A DNA stretch of 64,000 nt, from NCBI RefSeq assembly GCF_964194025.1, contig NC_134470.1, positions 65,224,001-65,288,000 of the forward strand, in the 5' to 3' direction. The notes under the pieces were generated by a model. That model worked only from the letters and a program-made list of their open reading frames with translations. It had not been told where the DNA came from and did not search any database. The stretch is from Convolutriloba macropyga (lineage: Eukaryota). The position numbers and the translations under genes are program-made. This document shows positions 38,804-53,255 of the stretch, in pieces (position 1 is the first letter of the stretch; each line of letters starts with the position of its first letter).

Positions 38804-38933
38804 CTGAGTAACAATTAAAAATGTTCTTAAAATGCAAGCAATAATTTTTTGGTCAAGCCTATCTGAAGTACCGAATTATTCATCAATGGATATACTATTA
38901 TAGATACATGTTATTCATAAGCATCCTAATTTC

Positions 38934-39039
38934 GAGTCTTTCCCATTATAGCCCCCTCATCACGGTATATTTACGGTAATGGGGGGCATACTTCATAAGA
39001 GCACTAAGCGTGGGGGGGGGGGGCTAACAGGGAAAACTC
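38934..39039. mobile_element. Second copy of the tttcccattatagccccc MITE, in the FECH intron
   Basis: Ends gagtctttcccattatagccccc ... gggggctaacagggaaaactc. Shares internal ggtatatttac and cactaagc with the 23.7-kb copy. Confidence 0.72.
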
Positions 39040-39174
39040 CTACTTTCTATAACGATAAGCTACAATTTAGCTGCTCCATGATTATAACTACTGAGTTTGA
39101 ACATTTGGTAGGTTTATAGCATTTTTAACATTTTCAATGATTTTGTCAAAATGCAAAAGTAGACAAAAGCAAAC

Positions 39175-40152
39175 CTGTAACTTTTCACCTAACTCGTCAA
39201 TGTACTCAATATCCAACTCATGTAACGTTTCGATATGGTCATTTACAAATGCAATTGGAACCAGCATGATATTCTTTTTGCCCAGTTTCGCCAAACCTTC
39301 AATAGCTTCATCAGTTTGAGGTCCCAGCCACGTTTGAGGTCCAACTTTCGACTGCCAAACTAGACGATAATGATTTGAAAAATCTAGTTCTTTCATTGTA
39401 TCCCATACTGTAGCGGCAACTTCGGCTGGATATGTGTCGCCACGAAATGCAACACTAATCGGCAGAGAATGAGCCGAGAACAAGATTACAACTTCGTCTC
39501 GTTTGTTCTCGGGAAACTGCATTAGACACTCTCGTATCGAATCGGCGAAACCTCTTACAAGTTTCGGATGCGTCGGCCATCGATCTATCACTGACCATTT
39601 GAGTTTCTGAGATACTGAAAAAGGATCATCGTCCGGTTTTCTACACATGCTCAAATAGTGTCTATAAACTGCATTTAGATTTGATCCAGTAGTTGAACAA
39701 GAGTACTGTGGGTATTGAGTAAATGCAATTGCATGTTCGATTCCATCGTTTTCCATTTCAACTATTGAGTCTTCGACTAAAGGGTCGACATAACGAAAAC
39801 CGATGTAAAACTTATGCGGCGCCGAAATCGGGCTAATTTTGTCCAGCATCTGGACCATTGCCTTTCCTTGGGTTTCCGTCCACTCTTTAATTGGAGATCC
39901 TCCTCCTATTTCCGCGTACTTTTTCTGAATCTCCGGAGTCCTCCTTTTGGCTATGAGTGGACCCAAATATTTCTGGAGCGGACCCAACGGAATCAGATCC
40001 TTGTCTCGGAACAATCTCGTCAAAAACAAGTTCACCTCGTCAACAGTTGCCGGCCCTCCCATGTTCAGCATCAAAATGCCAGTTTTGGGTTTGGCCGAGG
40101 CACTTGCACACATCAGACGCCGAGAGATTAATGACGCCCAATTCAGCTTCAT
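39175..40152 (-). CDS. FECH: Ferrochelatase (mitochondrial), first coding exon
   Basis: Motifs [55 protein letters not shown] and [10 protein letters not shown]. The ATG at 40152 lies 2 nt after a tttttcag acceptor. Donor CAG|GTTTG, phase 0. Confidence 0.96.
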
Positions 40153-43100
40153 ATCTGAAAAACAGAAACAAATTTTTGAAAAGGACACATGAAATCAGAA
40201 GCAATCAAATAATCTTCCTGAACTCCCTCCTTTCCGCTCCGTATATACTATGTAAATCTGTGTTATGTTCATGTATGACTAGAGCGCGGACAAAATTAAT
40301 TCCTTCTTTCTGTTCTGTAGTAGCGAAAAAAATCAGAGACTGGAAAAAATAATGAAGTTACGTGACACAAAATGTATTGCCCATAGCCTTTGCACTCTAT
40401 TGACACCAGTGAAACGAGCCCGGGTTGACCACCACAAATAAATCTTGGCAACCATATCCAAGCCAAATATGGTGACCAAAAACTTGGCAAAAATATACCT
40501 GACCAAACAAAATTTCACAATTATTTGAAAGTAGCCGCCCAATATACAGTTTCAATTACCCTAGCTAACCATGAAAATTTATAAATTGATTTCTTTTGAC
40601 AGTAACAAACGCGGCTTGTTAAAAACAGTGAACAGGGTACTTGAAAGAGCCATTTAATCGTACTATGAGAAATATTCGAGAGTTTTGAAATCCTTTTGAA
40701 TTCACAATATAAGTTGATAGATAGATTAACTCAAAAATATAACACAAAAAGAAAAAAAACAAGAAAAAACAATTTGGCGAAAAAAATCCCAATGCTTTAA
40801 TTCTTCCGACCCCTCTTGAGGGGGAAGGAACTATATACTCAAACGGGTTTTTTTTTGTTCAGTCAATTTTGGCCGATCGATATATTCATCGTAGAGAGTT
40901 GAGACAGTATCATTAGAAAGCTTGTCCAGCGTAGAATATGGAATTAAAGAGATTTTTTTAATTTTCGTTTTTTACAGGGAGTTATCGAGGTTTAAATTTT
41001 GAGAAAATAGTGTGAATCCCGGCGAGATTTTATTCACTTTTTCCGGAATTTTTGAATAAAACTTCGCCAATTTTGCTAAAATTTGTTAATTTTTTTTAAA
41101 AGTGTTGTTGATTTTTATTTGTAAAAACAAAAAAAAATCAAAAAGAATATTGTAGGCTATTTTTATTATTTTTTTGTCAAAATTCCTGCTAAATATTTCA
41201 AAATTAAGACTTTTTCTTCAAAAACAGCACGAAATAAGTTTCTTTAGTCCATTTTGATTAAACTTACAGGAAGTACAGACCCAAACACCACAAACACAAT
41301 TTTGGTAGACTCAAAAGGGGGATTTCTTTAGCTTTTTTACATCAAATTCCGTTGAGAGTGCTCTGTAGTTAAAACATTGCCGTTTTTTGCTAAATTTATT
41401 CGTTGATTAACAAAAACGCAGCATTGATTTTTGATTTTTTAACTAACAAAAAATCAATATCTAAAACATTCAAATAATTAAGTGTTCTTAAAGAACAAAC
41501 AGCATTAGCAGGGCTAGTTTTTGACATATCTTGGACTGGTATAATCCAAAAATAATTCGGATTGTAAACAGTCGATCTTTTTTTTAAAAAAATTCGATCT
41601 CTTCTACAGTAATTAAATAACAGAACATTTCAAAAAAGCTCACTAATAATCCTTCCAATTGGGTTCCTAATTAGCACCACTTTATTGTATCTAGTTGATC
41701 ACTTGAAAGCTTATGGTCGTTTTGACTTTTAAAAGTATTTGATTTTCAAATAAATAATGACTTTCTGAACTTTTGCCTCTATTTTTCTCTTTTTGGTCAG
41801 CATGTAGCTTATTGTCCGCAATGAACGAATGCTTCTTCTTTCTACTGAAATCAAATTCAATCTTTATTGCGGTTTTACGCCTTAAGTTATAGCTACAGGC
41901 TTTGATACAACTAGATTTCAAATTTTCTTAATCTTTTAGGTATTTGCTCATTTTTCACGTTTTCTAGTTTTGTCACATTATCACGTTATTGACAATTCAT
42001 ATATCACATTATTGGCTTTCAAAATAAAACACAATTGATATTATTAAATTGTTTGAAGATATAGAGTATGATTTCAACGGCTTCGACACTACTTTCTCGA
42101 ATAATTTAATTGATTTTTTTAAATTGTCTTTATCTGCCGTTTTTACTTTATCTTTTTTTTGGTCGCATAAAATTCTTTTGTACAATGACCCGGTTTCATT
42201 GCCTTTTCATGTAAAAATAGATGAGAAGATTTTCTGATTTTAGTAAATAGCTGATAGCTTTCATGACTCTGAAAACAATTGTTTTCCAAACTAAAAAAAA
42301 AAAAACATTTTTTAACTTTGCAATTCTTTTCCCTTTATTGTCTGTTTGTTATCTAGTCTCTTTAATTACAGGCCAATTATGACATTATTGTTGTCAAAGG
42401 AAGGTTTCAAAATGGATTAGTGTCACACAATCTATTGTTTTTGAAGAGTTCATTTACTTTACTGGCTTCGATACGAAAAAAAAAGTAAATTATTTTTGAT
42501 TTTTGTCATGTTTGACGTTCTTTTTGTAGACATAAGACATATTCTGGATAATTGAAATTCTCATAGGCTTCTTGAGGAGGAATATACGAACCTAATTAAT
42601 TTTTTAATTCTGTAATTAACGGCGTTCATGTCTTTGGAAATATTTTTTTTCGAAAAAAATTTAAAATGTTACATATTTTTGCATTTTGTTTTCCAATTTT
42701 ATCTACTTGTTACCTTGCTTCATTAATGAGAGGTCACATAACATTGGTGGTTAAAGAGGGTGCAATTGGACACATTTTGATGGCCATAGTACGGCTTTAC
42801 GGTTTCGAAAGCGTTTTCTGCCATGTTTTATTTGATTTTTTGGTTGTTGCTTATATGTTCTTTTTGTAATCGCGTAAAAAAATGAATACCGGCAGCTCTT
42901 AATTCCTTCAATAGAAGTATTGGTAATCGTACACCTATGAGATATTTTATTTGATTTCTAATGGTTTTAATTATTTCAGTTAATTGTTTAAAAAAAATAA
43001 GCGAATTTTTCACCTTCGCTGTTTTTGTTCTTTATTGTCTAATTGTTACCAAGCCTTTTTATTGACCACTCCCTTATCTTTTCTGTTGCATTACAACTTA

Positions 43101-44147
43101 TTTTTTTTAAATATCAGTTTTATCTGACGGTATTTTGACTTTGTTTTTAAGTTTTGTTTTTTAAAACGGACATGAAGTTTTTGATGTAATTAATTTTTGT
43201 TGTTGCTGTTGTTTGATTTTGCTGTTCGTCTTGACTCGCTTTCTTAATATTTGCAAATCTAATCAATTTAATGCGCCATTTTTACTCCACCACAGTTATT
43301 TGCTTTGGAGACTTTTATTTCGTTCATACACCAATTTTTTTAAAAAAATACTTGAATTTTTGGATTTTTCTATGTTCCTCATTTGGTAGACAATCAAGCC
43401 AAAATTGTGGATGAGCGGGGTCGGAACCTTATGTGCGATCGCACATTACCGAGTTGCCTTGTTTGGTTTATACACTTGGTGATAAACTCCAAAATTATTT
43501 TCAGTTTTACAAAAAAGGAGCCCCATGCTGATTAAAATAGAGCAATAAAGCGAGAATTTGTACTATGTCCAGTCGGCCACTCAAAGCCGAAAATATACAA
43601 CGATACCTTCGATATTTACAACAGGGTAAAAAACATTTTTGAGGGTTTAAGTTTTAAATGATAGAAGTAGTACTTCTAGAAAACTTTCAAGAGAAAGTTT
43701 GAAAATCTCTTAGGCATGTTCATCTTACCTCTCAGGATTATAACATAAGCACATTTTTATCGAAAATCAAAATCAACTTCTGCCAAACGCCGTGAGCTCA
43801 GTTTCAGAAGCTGTACACCAGTCCTAACCTACAATCTTAAAATTGCGACAATCAAAAACAACCATATTTTAACACTAGCTTATAATTAGAACATAAAGAC
43901 TAAGGCCGGATGCATTGATCTCGAAGAACAGGATGGCGCGATTTAAATTAGAGGGGGTGTAGGTTAAAGCTTAATTGAAAGTAAAAATTTCCGCCCACGT
44001 AGATTAGTCAAAAGAACTCAAGCGTAAAATCTCTATCAACAAGTCAAAGAATCGTCTAGAAGAAAGTGCAAAAATGAACAAGCAAACATTTTACATGACA
44101 GAAGGCTACAAACACGTTTAGACACGCGCGGTTACAAGTATATGTTA

Positions 44148-44249
44148 GAGTATAGTTCTGGGAAACCCAAAGCAATTAGAGCTCAAAGCTGAGGACGCTT
44201 GCGCCCGAGGCTGAGCTCGAATTGCCGAAGGCTTCCCAGAACTATACTC
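44148..44249. mobile_element. ~100-bp foldback MITE
   Basis: Perfect 17-bp TIR GAGTATAGTTCTGGGAA / TTCCCAGAACTATACTC, extending imperfectly to ~37 bp (gcaatt.gagctc). Confidence 0.75.
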
Positions 44250-46631
44250 AGAACTTAATTAGACCCCAATTTCGCTGTTCAAAACTCAAAGAGAGAATTC
44301 AATTAAAATTTATAGTAACATTGCAATTCTCGTGCAGCGAATCAATCCAACAATTGAATAGTCGTTCAACCCAAATAATATTTTTTTCTGAATTCCTTGG
44401 TATTATTGCAGGAGCGAATGGATCGCAGAGGTCGTCAGCCGGCTCAGTTGTGTCACTCTTATTGTCACTCTTTATGGTTTTTAGAAAAATGAGCAATTTA
44501 TTTAAAAAATAATTCTTTATATTGACTCCATTATAGACCTCAAAAAAGTCCTCTTAGCCGAAGTTGTTATATTTTGAGACTGTTTCCTGTTTTCAATTAT
44601 CTCATACTTTGTCTGATCAGGAAAAAATGGGCTTCCAAAAAAATTTTAAAATTTTCCAAGAAACATGCCTTAAGGCTTCCAAGAACTTTTTCCCAGAAGT
44701 TTGCTCAGTTGATTGCTTATTTTAAAACATTTTGTAGGGTTGAACTCTTCGAGACAAGTGTAAAAAGTGAGCGAAAAACTGATTAAGTTCAAAGTCAAGT
44801 GTGATATGAAACGTGAAATCTTGAAAAAAGTGGGACGCTTGAAAAAGTATGAAATAATGACTTCTTGCTTGATCAACTTTCAAAATTGGTGATCGAACCT
44901 AACTTTATTGTTGATTTTCTTTAACAGCAAAATTGAGGTCTAAACTTCGTTCGAGGCAATTAACAAAACATCAAATGGATTAAGAGCAGGCAGGGAAAAA
45001 ACTAGATTCAGACCATAGCTTAAACAATGGAAGAGTGACAGCAATTTTAGTCTGTCCTACCTTGTGAAACTTATTTCAACTGTCAGCTGCGGTAATCGAA
45101 ACCAGTTATAAGAGTTTATCGTTGACCAAGGAAATTTGAATACCATAACCGACTAACATCGCGCGAATTGCTCTCAAACAACTAGTGGGCTGTTGGCTTC
45201 ATTGACGATTAGCTGAGGTTTAGGGAGGATAGCTAAAGCTTAACAGAGAGAGGCAGAAAAAGGAGTAGAAAAAGGGGATAATTTCAAGCGTAAAGTATAA
45301 CATCATCTAGTACGTTTTCGAAAGAATTTTTGCAACAATGATCCATTACGCTACTTTCCATGTGAGCAAATTTTTGGGTTTCCATGTTACCAAATGTGGT
45401 AAAAACGCTACTTTTTACTTACAGTAGTCCCGGCGTATAGAAAAATGAAAACGCTCCCTTCAGCTTTCGCCTCAAAGAAAAAAAATGATAACAATAAGTG
45501 ATCTGCGTTGATAATGTTGGAGCTGGAAACGAAAGCGCGCTAAACATCCAGAGAAGAAAATGTATGAATAACTCTATAGATTATGACAACTTTCATAATT
45601 CTACGAAAATATGATGGCTTTCATCAACTTGACACTGATAGGTCAGGTGATGCAATGCAGCGTTTCTTGAAGATCACTTTACTTAAAATTAGCGTAGGGG
45701 AAATTAGTACAACGTTTCTTTAGCAAAATGTACACAATAGTAAGGTTTGGTAAAAATTGATTTTCAACTTTGTAAAAGTACCCGGTTCCGCCTTATAATT
45801 TCGTTCAGTATATTTTGATGCTCAAACATTGAGAAACTATCGGTTAAACTATCATTTTGGTCAAATAAAAATGGCATAAGACCGACAGGACTAAAAGAAC
45901 AATGTTTTTTCGTAAAAAACAAATCGCTACTTTGATTTGTTTTTTTAGATTGAGAGAATAATTTTCTAAAACAATTATAGTTTATGGAGCGCTTATGGAG
46001 TCGAAAAAATTTAAAACACCGTAAAATTTGATATACAAAGTAGAGGACTCACCTTTTATTCCTCAAACTTCACGCAATTTTTTTCAATTATTTGTTCACT
46101 TTGTCTTCTGACATCCGGTAAAATCATGTAATTTAATACACTCATTCTTCTCTAGCTTTGTGTAGCGACAGAGCATTAGGAGTTTCTCGGCTTCATTTTT
46201 CTCTAGCAACTGTTATCCGAAAAAAGATATAACAAAAATAGTTTTATTTGAGAGCTTATAAAGCGTAAGAAATTGAATTCACTGTGTCAGATTAAGTGCC
46301 ACAATGGGCTCAAAAATAGCACATTATGGTTACTTGTGCCTCTTATTCATTGGGTACTTCAGTTGAGATAATTAAACCAGTCGAAACGGAACAATTTTAG
46401 CACTTAATTGTTATTATTAATAAATAAGGACAAAGCGACAAGTAAAAATAAAGCAATTGATTGACAACTGTGGGGCGCGTATGTTCGTTTGCCAGTGCAT
46501 TGAAGGCGGCGGAAATAAAGTGGAAATTTGTGGAATATTCTGCTTCCTTGGGAACAATAACCATTCAAGTCGGGGGGGTTATTTAAGTGGAAATTGGGGA
46601 AGCAGTCGCAGTCGTCGTTGTTTAAGTCATT

Positions 46632-47027
46632 TTAGTCTCCTGCGTATATTATCATGAAACACATCACTCCGAATCCAAGCAATAATGAGGCCACCTTCTG
46701 CATTCGCCATCGACTACAGTTGAACTCAAGAGGGAGCACCTCGAAGAAAGTGATGTACAGAAAGGTTCCAGTCGCGAGGCCCTGCAATACGGTACTGAGT
46801 CCCAGAACGAATAGACCCTGTTCCTGTGACACAATGATTCCGATGGCAATTCCAATGGGCGATGCAGCTGCGAATCCCAAGACAGAAAAGAAGGTCTCTT
46901 TTAAGGACATGTTGCTCTGGACAACACTCATACCCAGACTGAATGCCAGCACCGATTTGTGGACTATTAGGGCTCCGAACAGCTGGAACACTTTGCTGGC
47001 GGTGCCCTCCAAACCCACGGCAAGTCC
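46632..47027 (-). CDS. ZIP1/2/3-like zinc transporter last exon (TM4-TM8); total 367 aa
   Basis: tttttag acceptor. Splicing restores the HSVFE-GLAVG signature. Also contains HKSVLAFSLG, SPIGIAIG and GLATGTFLYITFFEVL. Stop TAA. Confidence 0.95.
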   Translation of the reverse strand, partial: GLAVGLEGTASKVFQLFGALIVHKSVLAFSLGMSVVQSNMSLKETFFSVLGFAAASPIGIAIGIIVSQEQGLFVLGLSTVLQGLATGTFLYITFFEVLPLEFNCSRWRMQKVASLLLGFGVMCFMIIYAGD

Positions 47028-49905
47028 CTAAAAATTGGGTCTCATAAATATCCCAATGGCCATCGTCAATTGAGTAGAAAGCGGTAACCTTAGCTTTGGT
47101 AGTCATTTTCCGGTAACTGATGGACCGTGACTTCTATGAACAATTCGGCATATACAGTCCGTTGAAATGTTTCATCTGGAAACTCTTCACAATGTAGAGT
47201 CCAGTAGCAACAAGAGCTTCAATGAGCACAAAAGGACCAATAATATATCTTGCTAATAATGGAACGAAAAACCGAATGAAGCGATAAAGTACACACCGCA
47301 CGGAAGCATGAAAAATATTCAAGGCCTACCGAATTTGAGGACTGAGGCCAATCCAAAGTTAGGTTAAAAAATCTAAGGTTAAAATATACCGGGCAGATTG
47401 CCGCAAAATAGCAACCGTTTATTCCCATAACCAAGATTGCGATTGAAAGAAGAGAAAAAAAACTAGTGACAAAAAAATATTTTTATACACAAATAATTTT
47501 AAAGTGCGAAATATTTTGATGTCAATTTGGGGCTGAACATACTCATGTTTCGAAATCAGACAACACAGGGGCTAGTATCAATACCAATAAGCATTAGAGA
47601 TGGTAACTAAGAACAAGTTCGAGCATCAACGGCATCTAGAATTGGACTTTATGGGTTCATCCTGTTTCTATTTCTGATTTCGTTTTTGATACTGACTCTG
47701 TTCATTTTGAATTGCATTGCTGAGCAACATTTTGCAGAATGAGGGAAGGTTGAAACAAGCCTAGAGAAGTCAAAAAGACTTCACGCAAAATGTTGAACAA
47801 GCTAAACTGATTTTAACTAAGGTAAAGAGAAAAAATTAGTATGACGAAGTAAAAATACATATCAGGACAAGTCCTGAAATACAAATCAAAGAACTGTATT
47901 ATTTTATGAACTGACAATCATTACTCCGCTTTAAAAGGCAAATGAAAGCTGTTAGCAACGAGACTAAGCAATAAAACAACACCAGATCAACAAAATTCAG
48001 CAGGAGTAAAAATTAAAATTTTTTTCAGACAAGATCAACATAAAAAAGGCTATGAACTCAAAATGCCAACTATTTTCTTTATTTCTCCTTAGCGTCATCG
48101 TATGTCGATCAGTCCTCTCACTAATAATATTAAACAATAAGACAAAAACAACCAAATATCGCAATAAAACTGGCTGAAATTTTTTGAAAACACTTATTGT
48201 AAAAGTCACAAAGCGCAACAGCTACTGAAAGATACAATTATATCAGTTATTTGAGTCCTCAATGGCCAGAGTTGAGACCTGTCATCAATGAGATAAAGTG
48301 ATAAGACAGCAATAAGTACAACAAAAACTAGCAAAACTAGAAAATCACTAAGATTTCAAAAAACGAACAAGCGGATAAGCAACAAAATCAATAGCTGTGA
48401 ACTGAAATGACTGGCGTTAATTGGAACCTCTTTAGGAACCAATAAAGTTTCTAAGTTAAGACGACAATGTAGAAAAGAAAAACTCGCAAAACTCAAAAAA
48501 TTCGATAATTTTTATTGAAAACAATTAGTGTCAAAGTCATAAAAGCACTAGATTTGAAAAAAAATGATTAAATCGATAAACATAACCCTTATTAGCAGCA
48601 TCAGAGACTTGTCCCCCAATGAAATTGAATAATAAAACATCAGAAAGTACAATAAATACTTGCAGAACTGAAAAACTCATTAAAAATGTTTGAGAAAAAG
48701 TAGTGTCAAATTCATAAAAATCACTAGCTATTAACTCGAGTTGTTGATTAAATCCGTTATGCTTAATTACTAACCAGTCAGACCTGCCATTGATGGTGCT
48801 AAGTGCTAAGACAAAACAGATAGTTTTTAAAAAAAGGCTCAAAACCTAAAATTCACTAATACTTTATGACAACAAATAGTGGCAAAGTCAAAAAAAGTTT
48901 TAGCCGCCCTTAATGAATTCAAGCAAAGACAAAAAAGCACAATAAGAACACACATGTGCCGTCAGAAAAGCACTGAAGGAGATTGAACTCTGAAAACAGA
49001 AGTCAAATTGACTCACCTGAAAAAATCTATCTCAAAAACCGCTAAAATGTTCAAACACTAATTTCTCACTCCACTTTAAAAGTATCCTGAAGAAAGTCAT
49101 GCCTCAAACCTACTAGATTTTCCGCTCCCTTTACTATTTCAGTGTCACCAAAACCAAATTTTAATTTGACTTCTCAGTGACGTGAAAAGGCCGAAAAAAG
49201 CGTGAGCAGATCTTAAAAAAGACAGCGCACCAATACAATTCAAATTGTTTGCATTGTAAAAAAACATAGCAGGACAAATCCTGACGTACAATTCAAAGAA
49301 TTTTCATCGACTAAACAAAAAACTAGACCTATAACAGACTATGAGTGAATGGGAAAAACCATTTCTAAAAAAATCAGATCCAAAAATAAAAAAAAACAGA
49401 AAATCAATGTCAAAATGCCGCATGTGAACAAAAAACTACTAGCGGGAAATAAAAAATTATTTCAAACAAAATACTAGGCCTAGAATGAACTATAAATGGA
49501 TTGGGAAAACCATTTAGAAAAAAATCCGATTCAATTGAGAAAATGGAAAATTGAAAAAAAAAACAGTAAAAATCAAAGTGAACTTGCCGTATGTGAACAA
49601 AAGAAACACTAGCGAGAAAGCGAATTTTAAAATTAAAACGCTCTAAAATTAGAGCAAAAAATTTCACGCCGCAAAACCACTTGCTTTTTCGCTTCACTTC
49701 CTGTTTGGGTGTGACCAAAATCGCTACTCCAATTTGACTTCAAATATCATGAAAATGTATGAACAGATCTTAAAAAAATGACAGCGCCCCAATACAATTC
49801 AAATTCTTTGCATTGTAATAAAAAAATAGGAGCGGTATAATAGCCGGCTATTAAATATCCAATAACAAAAAACATACATAATTATTAGCTAAATTAATGA
49901 TATAC

Positions 49906-50169
49906 CTCAAACACTGAATGTACAGAGAGTGCCAGCAGGAGAATTGCAGCTCTGATTTTGGAGGGTTCTAAAGATTCCTCCTGTTCGTCGCCCATCGTAT
50001 CCGTAACGGTAAACTGATGGTTCTCGTGTTCATTGTTCTGTTGCTGTTTGATTCCTCTAACGGATCCCAGTGTAGAATTCCGCCTCCCACTGCTAGTTCT
50101 CGTGTCTTCCATTCTATCAATGTCCATCGAATCATTGCCCCCAGTAGCACCATTATCGTTTACTGATCC
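49906..50169 (-). CDS. ZIP zinc transporter exon 4 (cytoplasmic loop and TM4 start)
   Basis: ttctag acceptor, GTATAT donor, phase 0/0. Ends LLLALSVHSVFE. Confidence 0.92.
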
Positions 50170-51179
50170 CTAGAATTAAGCAAAATTGCTTCAATTTAAC
50201 TCTTCTAGTTCAAATAAGATCGTGTTTGTAAGAGTCAACTAAAAGGACAACTTATATCGAAAAGACATCTTAATTCAAATAATAATCTGCTTAGATCACT
50301 GGTTCAATTAGATACCTTCAAGTGCAACTGCACCATCACACAAAATGCGTATTTCGTGTATTTCCTCATGATGTATGCTCACTATTGATCAAAGAGTAAC
50401 CAATCTGATTAATATGGAGATTGATCAGAAGCATTAAAAACGGAAGCCGAAAAGTTAAAACTTTTGAAAATGACCTTTTTATCCTTTATTAAACAAACAG
50501 CCCTCATTATTATACATCACATGCTATGCATGCTCTGAAACCTAGAAAATGTACTGTTGAAAGAAATAATATGTAATTTGTCGCGACCTAAATGTTAACC
50601 AAAATATCTAAATATGCCCCAGCTAGAAAAACATGTCAAAAACCAACATTCCTCTTCTCTTTGCGTCCTAGAAATACAATCAACCACTACAAAAACTGAT
50701 AAAATCTTCATAAAGAATTCCAGGCTGAATCTGCTCCCCAAGTAAGATATCTTTTGGTCAGAAGAAAAAGGCACGTAGACATTAACACCTACTCCAATGT
50801 AAAGCTTTAAGTACTTTGTTTTCTTGTTTCCGGTGCTTAGTAAAATTTGAAACTTGAAAGAAACTGTTAACGTTCTCTCGATTGATTTAGCTTTAATTTG
50901 TTGATTAAAAATACTGAGCAGGGAACTTAACCCCACAAAAATTCTTCTGCTGACGTCTGCTCGTTTACCCTACAAATTTAGCAAGATTGACGTTGACGTT
51001 AATCGGAACAGAACCGAAGCTGAACACCAAAAGAAAAAATATATTTCCACAAGAAATAACGAAAACTGCTGCATTAGGTTTTGTCTGAATCACCTTTGTC
51101 ATAGAAAGTGGTTAGGTTGAATCTACTGAATTGGAAAATTCAAATCAAATTTTTACAGCAAAATTATTTACATCAAAAA

Positions 51180-53255
51180 CATACCCGCCAGATTGTCGGA
51201 AAATAGCTGCCGTTGATTCCAATAAGCATGATTGGGATTGCAAGAATGGAAGATATTGAAAAAAAAAAGATTTTTGTACAAAAATATTTTTTAAGTCAGA
51301 TTTATTTTGATGGCATTCCGTAGTTGAACATACTTCGGTTTCTTAGAGAGAGGCTACAGGGGCTACTATCAATACCAATAAGCATTAGAGAGGGTAACTA
51401 AGACTTATAGGAACGACGTTCAAATAGCGGGCATCTGAAATTGGGCTTTATGGGTTTATCCCGTTTCTATTTCTGACTTATATCTTTTATACAGACTCTG
51501 TTCATTTTGAATTGCTTGACTGAGCAACCGATGTTCAAAATCACTTTTATCAGAATGAGTGAAGAGAGAAACTAGGCTAGAGAAGTCAAAAAGATTTCAC
51601 GCAAAATGTTGAAAAAGCGCAAAATGAGGTAAAGCGAAACATTTTTTTGTTCAGCGAAGTAAAAAAAAACATAACATGACAAGTCCTGAAATATAATTCA
51701 AAGAATTGAATGAAAAACTTAGAAGTACTCTACCTGACCAGCAGAGCAATTGAACAATGCCAGCCAAAACACAAACGAAATCATCTAAAAAAAATTGGGA
51801 TACTAAAAGAAACAAACAATATAAACAAAAAAGTACGCATTGCTAAAACTTTTGAAGATTTACCCTAAGGCAATATTTGATCCCTTTAAAAATACCCATT
51901 TCAAAAATATGTTCAAAACCAATTTTTGTTTCTGAAATCGGTCCAGTATTATCTCTGCAAGACCTGAAGAAATCCATTGGCCCTTGAAGATCGATTAACT
52001 CGAAAATGAACAAAACTTTTGCTTTAAGTGAAATTAATTGTATATTTTAGTGAGATGTTGCCAGAAAAATTGTGATATTATCATCTTCAGAATCAATTCT
52101 GTGTCTCTAGAGGCTATTCAACAACCCAATTCCAAGCCTTAAGAAATTCATTGATTCAAAGTTCTATAGGCAATAACTTTTAGAAAAAATTTCAGATTTC
52201 AAAAAATAGAAATTCGCTCTATAAAAATGTTGAAAACCATTTAATTGTCCCGTAGCAACTATGAAACAGCACACTATCAAACCCTGGATGAGGTTATCTA
52301 GCTACTGAGGCAGAAAAACTGAATAAAAGACAAATGTTTTGCAAAACCTTAAAAATTGCAAATTTTATCAGAAGATTAACTAGAACTTTTAAAATTAGAA
52401 AGATGAAGTTGTTGAAAACAAATCCATTGAAATTAACAACCATGCAGTAACTTTTTTATTAGACTGTGGAATAGTTTTTCTGGCACTTGAGAATGGACAG
52501 ATATCAAAAATTGACAAAAATTTTAGGAAACCTTGAAAAAAATTGCAGATTTGATTAAAAAAATGCTAAATTCGAGACATTAAAATGTTGAAAACCAGTC
52601 CATGGTAACTAGAAACTGTGCAGTGTTACATCTCAAATCCTCAAGGCAAAAATGGCATGCCAATTTACAGCTCACGAACATGCGCACACAGAATGATTTT
52701 TTTCGAGACTGCTTCGGGTTCTTTAAGCATCTGGGGAAATCTGTACTTTTTACAGAAGCTATATAACATATCCGGTAGATGGCCGGAAAATAGCCGCCGT
52801 TGATTCCAATAAGCATGATTGGGATTGAGGAAAGAAAGATATTGAATAAAAAAAATTGTGTACAAAAATATTTTTTTAAGTCAGATTTATTTTGATGGCA
52901 TTTCGTAGTTGAACCTACTTCTGTTTCTTAGAGAGAGGCTACAGGGGCTACTATCAATACCAATAAGCACTAGAGATGGTAACTAAGACTTATAGGAACG
53001 ACGTTCAAATATCGGGCATCTAAAATTGGGCTTTATGGGTTTATCCCGTTTCTATTTCTGACTTCAATTTCTCATAGTGACTCTATTCATTTTGAATTGC
53101 TTTGCTGAGCAACTGATGTTCAAAATCACTTTTAGCAGAATGAGAGAACAGAGAAACTAGCCTAGAGAAGTCAAAAAGATTTCACGCAAAATGTTGAAAA
53201 AGTGGCAAAATGAGGTAAAGCGAAACATTTTTTTGTTCGACGAAGTAAAAAAAAT
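51180..53255. repeat. Two close copies (~51180-51670 and ~52770-53255) of a ~490-bp dispersed repeat; a more diverged copy lies at ~47385-47880
   Basis: Long shared runs such as gccgttgattccaataagcatgattgggattg and tttcttagagagaggctacaggggctactatcaataccaataagca. Confidence 0.92.

Noticed and set aside
39088-40188. ORF-track ends of ferrochelatase ([12 protein letters not shown]... and ...[10 protein letters not shown]...)
   Set aside because: Both ends are read-through into intron sequence. The true C-terminus with the Fe-S cysteines is at 38803-38621.
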